DNA of 32,000 bases from an uncultured Chloroflexia bacterium (lineage in GTDB: Bacteria > Chloroflexota > Ktedonobacteria > Ktedonobacterales > JADMIN01): the NCBI GenBank assembly GCA_963718915.1, contig CAVRAI010000003.1:330001-362000 (forward strand), in the 5' to 3' direction. The notes under the pieces are model-generated. The model was not told the origin of the DNA and searched no databases. It was given only the letters and a program-made list of their open reading frames with translations. Both the position numbers and the translations under genes were made by a program. The stretch's first letter is position 1; the number at the start of each line of letters is the position of its first letter. Below are positions 25,212 through 32,000 of the stretch, in pieces.

Positions 25212-27885
25212 ATGATCTGTCCCCGGTGTGGAGAATCGCTGGCCACTGATGCGACTGTCTGCTCGTCGTGCGGCCTGACTATCTCGTCCTCTTCGTCGCA
25301 ACGCTGCCCCGTGTGTGGCGCGGGACTGGCGCCAGGTGTCGCCGTCTGCCCGCACTGCGGCACGCCACTGTCGCCGCTGAATCATGCCACGCCCGCCGCC
25401 TACGAGCCGCCACCCGAGGATGAGCAATCTGGCTCCCCCACGACACCCTATGCCAGATCCCGCTATCTGCGCCCGCCCATCATGCGCACGGTGCCACTGC
25501 TGACCACATCCGGACAATCACCCGACGAGGCGCCGACCGTGCTGGCCACGCCCAGTGGCGGCGCGGATAGCGCAGCGGCTGAGTCGGCTGAGGATGAAGC
25601 GCCATGGATAGGCACACCGTCGCTGCTGACGCCCTCCGAGCCTGAAGATATCCCATTCGCTACGACAGCGACCGCCGCTGAGTCGGAGCAGGAGGGACAA
25701 GACACACCAGACGCGACAGCGCCAGAAACACCCGACAAACCGGGCTACGATTCGCCCGATGTCGAGCGTCCTGCCGTTCATGCGCCCAAGCCTTCTCTGC
25801 CTGACTATGACACACCTGATATCGAGCGGCCCGCAGTCCACGCGCCAAAGCCACCGTTGCCCGACTACGATACGCCCGATATCGAGCGTCCCGCCATTCA
25901 CCCAGCGCCAACGAATGGCTTTCGCCCATTCACCTCCACCGATGCTCCGGCTGAGACCGCGGCTGAGACCGCGGCTACGGCTGCGGCTACGGCTGCGGCG
26001 ATATCGGCCAACGGTGTTGTCACGCCAGTCCCCGACACAACCAACCCGATGCCAACATCTCCCGGCGCGTCCGCAAGTTCGCGCGCGGCACGCAGCGCCA
26101 AAGCGGCGAGCGACAGCGCCATTGCGCGTATCTTCGGCGTGCAACCACCACCACGCGAACGCATCGCCAATAATGCCATCCAGAGCTTCTGGCTGCGCTA
26201 CCTGCCACCAGAGTCGGCCGCGGTTCCCTGGCTTTCGATACCAATCGGCGCGTTGCTAGCGCTGATCGCGGGGCTGCTCGTGACGATTCTTGGGCTGGTC
26301 TTCTGGTCGCGCGCCATGGGCTACGTGCTTGGATTCGGCGGCGCGGTCAATGTCAACACCGGTCTCTTTGGATCCGTTGTTTCGCCCAATCTGCTGCAAC
26401 TCTTTCTGCTGGAGCATGGCGTCCCGATGTCGCTGACGCTTGGCTCGCCCGGCGGCACGGGGAGCTTTTCCGCGCTGGTGACTGTGCCGCTCACCGGACT
26501 CTCGCTCATACCCGCCTGCGCGCTGATTTTCGCGGGCTATGTGGCCGCCGCCAGCGACTTTTCGCATCAACTGCGCTACAGTGTGGCGCGTGGGGCGCTG
26601 GTTGGGCCAGTCTATGCGATTCTGCTGCTCCTGGTGGCGCTCTTTGGCTCCAGCGTCATACAACTGGAACAGAACACGACGATCCAGTTGCATCCCTCGC
26701 TCGGCATTGCCGTCCTGGCTGGTCTGGTCTGGGGGACGGCGCTGGGCGCGTTTGGCAGCTTGCTGGCGCTCCGTCGGCATCACCTCTTCACCACGAACCG
26801 CAGCCCTGATCTGCTGGCGGGCGCATCGTGGGGCGCGCTGATCGCTCTCGGCAGTGGGCTGCTGCTGGCGGCGGTCGCCCTGCTGGCGGGCATGGCGGCG
26901 CATGTGATTGGCACAAGCCCCACCATCGCCACGGGAGCATCGGCGAGTGGGATCGTGGAAGCGCTCGGCGCGATCATCACGACGATCTCGCTGCTGATCG
27001 TGGTGGCGCCGGTGGCGGCGCTCTGGCTCTTCACCCTGGGCACGGGCGCGACCATCGATAGCTGGCTCACCACATCCGGCGCGAACCCCAGCTCGGTCAC
27101 TTCCACGTTCGGATTGCTCATCGCGCACCATCATCCATCGAGCGTCGCCTGGTGGTTGCTGCTGCTGATTCCGCTTGCCAGCTATATCATCGGCGGGCGA
27201 GCGGCGGCGCATATCGCACGCGCTGACTCGCTCCGGGATGGTGCGCTCGTGGGCTGGTTGATGGCGGTGGGGCTGACCGTGCTGATGCTGCTCTTCACAC
27301 TGCTCACGCGCGTACTCGTTTCATCCAGACGCAGCGCTCTTCGGGCGAACGGTCGTCACCAGCCTGGGAATCGCGCCTTCGTTGGGAGCGGTCGGGCTGC
27401 TGGCGCTGCTGGTTGGCAGCATCGTCGGCGCGCTCGGTGGCGTCAGCGCGGTGCTGGCGCCGGAGCCAGGCCCAGCGCTCTTCTCGCTAGTGTTGCCACT
27501 GCTCGCCAGGCTTGCTCCAGTGCTGTCCGTTGCCCAGCGACCATGGGATATGCTTGATGCGGCGCGCAACCACCATCCCGCGCGCACGCCCATGCGGGTG
27601 CTGCTCTACGCCGCGGCGCTCTCTGCGGTGGCGCTGGTGGCGCTCTTCGTGCTGGCCGTGCTGATCGGCTGGATCGCCAGCCACGTTGCTCCGGTCAGCG
27701 CCGTACGCGGCTTCGACGGATTCTTCGCGGGCCTCGCAGTGGGCGTGCCGCTCTTGCTGCTAGCCAGCGCGGCGATTCTCGCGATCATGAAGACGCTGCC
27801 GCCACTGTTGACGGCGCACGCCACACTCCGGACGGAGAGGCCAATTATCCCCCGATTCCCCAGAACGGCGCACCGTCACCCATGA
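25212..27885 (+). pseudogene. Double zinc-ribbon / Pro-rich repeat / polytopic membrane protein split by a +1 frame change. Track ORFs 25212..27557 and 27382..27885 are its two parts.
   Basis: The N-terminus MICPRCGESLATDATVCSSCG...QRCPVCGAGLAPGVAVCPHCG contains two CxxC...CxxC ribbons, followed by a Pro/Ala/Thr-rich linker and then many TM segments. The tail of the first ORF (SSRRSALRANGRHQPGNRAFVGSGRAAG...) looks off-frame. The other frame, open from 27286, continues as membrane protein (...FHPDAALFGRTVVTSLGIAPSLGAVGLLALLVGSIVGALGG...). Confidence 0.7.
25745..25910 (+). repeat. 60-bp in-frame tandem repeat (about 2.7 copies) encoding (Y)D(S/T)PD(V/I)ERPA(V/I)HAPKP(S/P)LPD
   Basis: Units start at 25745, 25805 and 25865. 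The protein reads DSPDVERPAVHAPKPSLPDYDTPDIERPAVHAPKPPLPDYDTPDIERPAIHPAP. Confidence 0.85.
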
Positions 27886-29849
27886 AGCTGCGGCTGATAG
27901 GGTGGCGGCAGATCGTAGACGGCGAAGTCATTGAAGACGCCTGTGGTCGTATCGTCGTTGACAAACACGCCAGGATAGCCAAATTTCGGCGATGACGAGG
28001 TCACGGTGGAGTCCACATCGCGCGCCACAAACTGGCCATTGATATAGCAGAGATATTCTGTCCCGCGAAGAACCAGCAGCAGTCTATTGCTCGCATTGTC
28101 GCCCTCATGAATCGCCGCGCTGTCCCCACCATCGAGGTAGTTCCAGTTATCGTTGGAGTCGCTATGCCCTGGCTGATAATGATAGAGACTCCATCCTCCT
28201 CCGGATGGGCTAACGTAGAAGACAATCTCGTCAGATTCTGTCGTGCCATTGGCCAGACTGCGCGCGATCAGGCCGACGCCGTCGCCGTCCGATGACCCCA
28301 TCTGGCGCGCCGTCACCGCAATCGCCGCATCAGCATATTGGGCATCCATCGTCTCTTCGTTCACGTATCCGGTTGGGCCGCCGGTCATCGCGAACCCGCC
28401 ATACAAATACTGGGCCGATGTCGAATCAGTCGTCGTCGGCATTTGAGTATCCCAGGTATAGTCTCGGCTGATGAGCTGATCGCTAAAGAGCGGCGTCTCG
28501 GCGGTGATACGCGCGGGCAGCGCCTGATAGTATGCCGCTAATTGATATTTGTTGAGACCCCACAGGCCGCAAACGCCGGACACCACGAGTAGCATCAGCA
28601 AGACATTCAGCCAGTAGAAGCGCGCGCGCAGCCGTATTGGCCGAATCGGGCTGGCATAGCGGTCAATCTCCTGGAGCGTCGCCTGGTGCAGCGGCGCCAT
28701 CTCGTCCGCCGTCTGCCATCCCGCGACTATCGAGCTGGCGGCTTCCTGCTCTGGCTTGCCCTCCGCCGCCGATGCCTGCTGGATCGTCTGGCGCTTCATC
28801 TCCTCCATACGCTCGCGCAGTTTCCGCTCTAGACCGCGCGCCGTGGAACCCTCGGTGAAATTCGTGGCGCCCGTTGTCCACATGTCTACCGTTTCGACGG
28901 CCCGCGTCATATCCAGCAGTGGCCGTCTGGCGCGGGTGACGACAAGTCGGCACAGGAGTTCACTGGCGGCGCCTGTGGCGCGTTTGCGGCGTGGGGAGAG
29001 CATCCAGCCGAAGCTGACTTCATTGCTCATGACGAGATAGATATACGTGACTTTGGAGCTTGTGCCCGGCGAGAAGCGATAGACGCAGAAGCTGACGACA
29101 TCCTGCCAGGCAAGCGTCTGCTCGCGCCTCCGCCAGCCGCGCCCGCGCCAGCGAATGCTCCAGTCATCCACGGCCAGCAATCTGGGTCGCCGCGTTGGCA
29201 GCAGCGCGCCCCAGCCATCGGCGATGATGTTTGGCCCGCCGCCAATGGTCGAGACCCGTCCGATGGCCAGGACGAATGCCGCAATCTGCAGCACGCTGTT
29301 AAGGCCGGTGAGGCCAGACTCAAATTGCCATAGCCCCACCTGGAGATCAATAAGCGTTATCAGGCCCAGCCCCATCACAAAATACAGTAACAGGACAAGA
29401 TTGCTCGTAGGGGGAAATAGCTTCAGACGCAGAAACGGCTTCATATCGCGCGGAAGTTCGTCACCAGTCAGCGGTGGAGGCTGGTCGAACGCCGCTGGAA
29501 TCTGCTTGCTCTCGCCCGCCAGAACCGACGCACGTAGCGTCTGCGAACCAATCCAGCGGCTTTTGGATGGTGCGAGCGCCGCGGCGGAAATCAGCAGAGC
29601 GAGTGGCAGGATGAGCATAAACGCGATGTTGACTGCGATGCTTACGAGGGTATCATGAACGTCTAATAACGAAGTATCGGATGAGCCTAACGGATTCTTG
29701 ATGAGGATGAAAGCCCCGCCGCCAAGCAGCAGCCAGGCAAACGTCACGCAGAGCCACTGTATGACACGCCCGCGCCGCCACGCCGCCTGGAACTGTGTCG
29801 GGGTCAGGCGCATGAACGTGATCTGCTGAATATCTGAAAGGCTGGACAT
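27876..29849 (-). CDS. Hypothetical membrane protein: N-terminal TM region, PH-like middle region, TM helix, C-terminal concanavalin/LamG-like beta-sandwich-like domain
   Basis: 657 aa and paralogous to 29947..31866, sharing blocks such as WRRGRVIQWL, LLAVDDWSIRWRGRGWRRREQTLAWQDVVSFCVY and RFYWLNVLLML. The C-terminus (...GVGLIARS...DEIVFYVSP..GGWSLYHY...RLLLVLRGTEYLCYINGQFV...GVFNDFAVYDLPPPYQPQLHG) resembles lectin/LamG-like (DUF1080-type) folds. That domain call is tentative. Confidence 0.6.
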   Translation of the reverse strand: MSSLSDIQQITFMRLTPTQFQAAWRRGRVIQWLCVTFAWLLLGGGAFILIKNPLGSSDTSLLDVHDTLVSIAVNIAFMLILPLALLISAAALAPSKSRWIGSQTLRASVLAGESKQIPAAFDQPPPLTGDELPRDMKPFLRLKLFPPTSNLVLLLYFVMGLGLITLIDLQVGLWQFESGLTGLNSVLQIAAFVLAIGRVSTIGGGPNIIADGWGALLPTRRPRLLAVDDWSIRWRGRGWRRREQTLAWQDVVSFCVYRFSPGTSSKVTYIYLVMSNEVSFGWMLSPRRKRATGAASELLCRLVVTRARRPLLDMTRAVETVDMWTTGATNFTEGSTARGLERKLRERMEEMKRQTIQQASAAEGKPEQEAASSIVAGWQTADEMAPLHQATLQEIDRYASPIRPIRLRARFYWLNVLLMLLVVSGVCGLWGLNKYQLAAYYQALPARITAETPLFSDQLISRDYTWDTQMPTTTDSTSAQYLYGGFAMTGGPTGYVNEETMDAQYADAAIAVTARQMGSSDGDGVGLIARSLANGTTESDEIVFYVSPSGGGWSLYHYQPGHSDSNDNWNYLDGGDSAAIHEGDNASNRLLLVLRGTEYLCYINGQFVARDVDSTVTSSSPKFGYPGVFVNDDTTTGVFNDFAVYDLPPPYQPQLHG

Positions 29850-29870
29850 TCCCGCGCTATACCTTCCCCC

Positions 29871-29902
29871 AAAAAACAGCGCCGCTCACCTGGATGGCGG
29901 CG
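29871..29902 (-). terminator. Intrinsic terminator between the two tandem paralogues
   Basis: Minus-strand RNA CGCCGC-CAUCCAGGUGA-GCGGCG followed by CUGUUUUUU (plus-strand A6 at 29871-29876). It lies 45 nt downstream of the upstream paralogue's stop. Confidence 0.6.
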
Positions 29903-29946
29903 TTCCTCGGCTCAGCATAACACTGCTCGTCAACTGCGACGCCTGA

Positions 29947-31866
29947 CTATATACCCAATCCGTGGAAGAGCGGCTGAAAGGGTGGCGGCGCTGGATAGAC
30001 CGCGAAGTCGTTGAAGGTGGCGGCAGTAAATCCCAGCGCGAAGAGGCCCGCGTAGCCGGAGTGTGGCGCGGGCGGAGCGGCGTAGGGATCGTAGACACTG
30101 CCCAAAAACTGGCCGTTGGCGTAGGCATAGTACATTGCCCCAACCACCACCAGCATCAGCCGATTCGGCACACCGACTCCGGTATGAATCGCGGCGCTGG
30201 CACTACTTAAGGTAAGGAGACGCCATCCATCGTCGTTGTTATCGTCCGCGCGTGGGGGCTGTTCATGAGTGAATGACCACGTACCCTTAAGAGGATCGAC
30301 ATCGAGGATAATCTCGTCGACCTGTCTCCCCTGGTCTGCCCCATCCTCAACACGAGCGACCAACCCAACATCGGCGCCATATTCGGATGCGTCTTGCACG
30401 CGCACCGTGACTGCGACTGCCACGTCCGCATAGCGTGCGCCCTGCCAGACAACGTGATCACTGTAATTTGGACCGCTGTTGATGGTGTAGCCGCCATCCG
30501 TGAACGCGAGGCTCATGGCATCTTTGTCCGATGTCGGCGTGTGAACCGGCCAGCCGTTTGTGTTACTGATCAGCGGATCGCTGAAGAGTGGCGTCTCGTT
30601 GGCGACCCGCGCCGACCATGTGCTGAGATATGACTCGGCTTGATGATGCTCGAAGAGCCAGCCACCGCAGAGGCTTAGAATGACGACCAGCAGCGCCAGG
30701 GCATTGAGCCAGTAGAAGCGGGGCCGCAGACGCACCGGTCGCGGCGGCCTGGCGCTCTCGACGCCGAACAGAGAGATAGGGGTGACGGAGCCGCCGTCGC
30801 CTTCGCGCAGCGCAGTGAGCGCGGCCAGCAGCGATTTACGCGGATCGAGATCATTGGAATAGGCTTTCGGCTTTGACGAAATCGGCGCCTCCCACGCGCT
30901 CAGCACATCCGCGCTGGCGGTCACATCGCGTAAAGGGCGGCCAGAGCGCGCTACTACTATCTGGCACAGCAGAGCGCTGGTGGAACGTTCGGCCACTCTG
31001 GCGCGCCAGGGCACTATCCATGCGAACGTCGCATCGTTGCTCAGGAGCAGATAACTATAGGCGGTGCCTGAACTGAATCCCGATTTATGGCGATGGATAC
31101 AGAAAGCCACGACATCCTGCCAGGCAAGCGTCTGCTCATGTCGCCGCCAGCTGCGCGGCTGCCAGCGGATGCCCCACTCGTCCACGGCAAGCAATCGCTG
31201 GCGCCGCATCGGCAGAAACGCGCCCCAGCCGTAGGACATGATCTGCGGCCCGGCGTAGAGGGTGATGATTTTTTCGCAGAAGAAGATGCCATAGACCAGC
31301 TGGAATACGCCCATAACGGTTGAGAGCGAATCGTAGTAGCTCGTCGCGGGCGCTCGGCGCAGAGAAATGACGGTAAGAGTAATCGCTCCGATGGTGAGGA
31401 TAAGGGCAACCACCGTGAAGACGACAGCGACTCTGCTGACACGCGCAAACCGGAGCGGCCATCGCCTCGTCGTGAGATCGGCTGATTGTTCAGGGGTGAG
31501 CGCTGGCGGCTGTTCCAATGCCACCGGCGCGATGGAATCGTTTCCTGCGAGCAGAGCGTTGCGCACGATGCGCGCGCCAAACCAGCGAGCCAGTGGTGGC
31601 GCAAACATCACTGTGAAAAGGACCGTCGTCAACGGCGCGATGATACATGTACAAAAGAAGATGACAAGAGAGAAGGTATCGGTTGGAAATGTGTCAATGG
31701 GCAGCAGCGCGCCATACTGAATGAGAAAGACGAGAAAGACGAGCCAGCCCCACGCCAATCCGATCCCCAGCCATTGTATAGCGCGTCCGCGCCGCCACGT
31801 CGCCTGATACGCCGCTGGCGACATCCCCAGCAGCGCGTTGAACTGGTCGCCCGAGGTTGTGGCCAT
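29947..31866 (-). CDS. Hypothetical membrane protein, paralogue of 27876..29849 with the same architecture
   Basis: 639 aa. Shared blocks include WRRGRAIQWL, LLAVDEWGIRWQPRSWRRHEQTLAWQDVVAFCIH, RFYWLNALALL and the C-terminal ...VGLVARV...DEIILDVDP..GTWSFTH...RLMLVVVGAMYYAYANGQFL...ATFNDFAVYPAPPPFQPLFHG. Confidence 0.6.
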   Translation of the reverse strand: MATTSGDQFNALLGMSPAAYQATWRRGRAIQWLGIGLAWGWLVFLVFLIQYGALLPIDTFPTDTFSLVIFFCTCIIAPLTTVLFTVMFAPPLARWFGARIVRNALLAGNDSIAPVALEQPPALTPEQSADLTTRRWPLRFARVSRVAVVFTVVALILTIGAITLTVISLRRAPATSYYDSLSTVMGVFQLVYGIFFCEKIITLYAGPQIMSYGWGAFLPMRRQRLLAVDEWGIRWQPRSWRRHEQTLAWQDVVAFCIHRHKSGFSSGTAYSYLLLSNDATFAWIVPWRARVAERSTSALLCQIVVARSGRPLRDVTASADVLSAWEAPISSKPKAYSNDLDPRKSLLAALTALREGDGGSVTPISLFGVESARPPRPVRLRPRFYWLNALALLVVILSLCGGWLFEHHQAESYLSTWSARVANETPLFSDPLISNTNGWPVHTPTSDKDAMSLAFTDGGYTINSGPNYSDHVVWQGARYADVAVAVTVRVQDASEYGADVGLVARVEDGADQGRQVDEIILDVDPLKGTWSFTHEQPPRADDNNDDGWRLLTLSSASAAIHTGVGVPNRLMLVVVGAMYYAYANGQFLGSVYDPYAAPPAPHSGYAGLFALGFTAATFNDFAVYPAPPPFQPLFHGLGI

Positions 31867-32000
31867 TCCTGGCTATTCCCTCTTTCACCCGCATACCAGC
31901 GCGCCTGCGTGCAGACCTTCCTTACCGCTAATAGCCCCCTCAGCATACACCGCTCGTCAACTGGAGAGTACGCTGCGCTCACCCGTAAAGTTATCCACAA

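Noticed and set aside
1480-27400. Programmed +1 ribosomal frameshifting as the explanation for the four frame breaks
   Set aside because: The junctions share no slippery or hungry-codon motif (prfB-like CUU UGA C or similar). They share no upstream SD-like stimulator. The affected genes are unrelated. Indels or assembly errors are more parsimonious.

Overview
This is a visibly GC-rich bacterial chromosomal window. I cannot assign a taxon from the sequence alone, but the protein architectures look Chloroflexota/Actinomycetota-like. I support about 24 protein-coding genes plus several cis-elements, and I saw no rRNA, tRNA or CRISPR array. Left part (1-5.3 kb): a 3'-truncated pyrR with a recognisable PyrR-binding attenuator. 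Divergent from it is an aroH (chorismate mutase)-tyrA (prephenate dehydrogenase) unit preceded by a promoter, a Tyr-codon-rich mini-ORF and an intrinsic terminator. These are followed by an overlapping Lrp/AsnC regulator and EamA/DMT exporter, a hairpin-rich inverted-repeat element, and an orphan xdhC-family gene. Middle part (5.3-12.5 kb) is the accessory-looking region. It holds a single-gene TIR-helical-polytopic-membrane protein and a CAX-type Ca2+/H+ antiporter. The 3' end of that antiporter is duplicated on either side of a 1.5-kb AT-richer phage-derived remnant (XRE regulator plus a P22_AR_N/ORF6C antirepressor-like gene). Immediately beyond lies a two-gene operon: an ADP-ribose-pyrophosphatase-like NUDIX domain fused to an uncharacterised 4-TM module, plus a stand-alone paralogue of that module. 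I consider the NUDIX-4TM pair, and possibly the TIR protein, the best candidate for an undescribed conflict or signalling system, but this is inference. Right part (12.6-32 kb): three consecutive GT-C-type membrane glycosyltransferase-like genes, a small membrane protein, a membrane-anchored L,D-transpeptidase, RidA and an APC permease. It ends with a double-zinc-ribbon/Pro-rich-repeat/polytopic membrane protein and two tandem paralogous membrane-PH-like-lectin-like proteins. Recurrent oddity: four reading-frame discontinuities (the aroH end, tyrA, the L,D-transpeptidase and the Zn-ribbon protein). All shift in the +1 direction and all are in plus-strand genes, so they are either assembly indels or real pseudogenisation.
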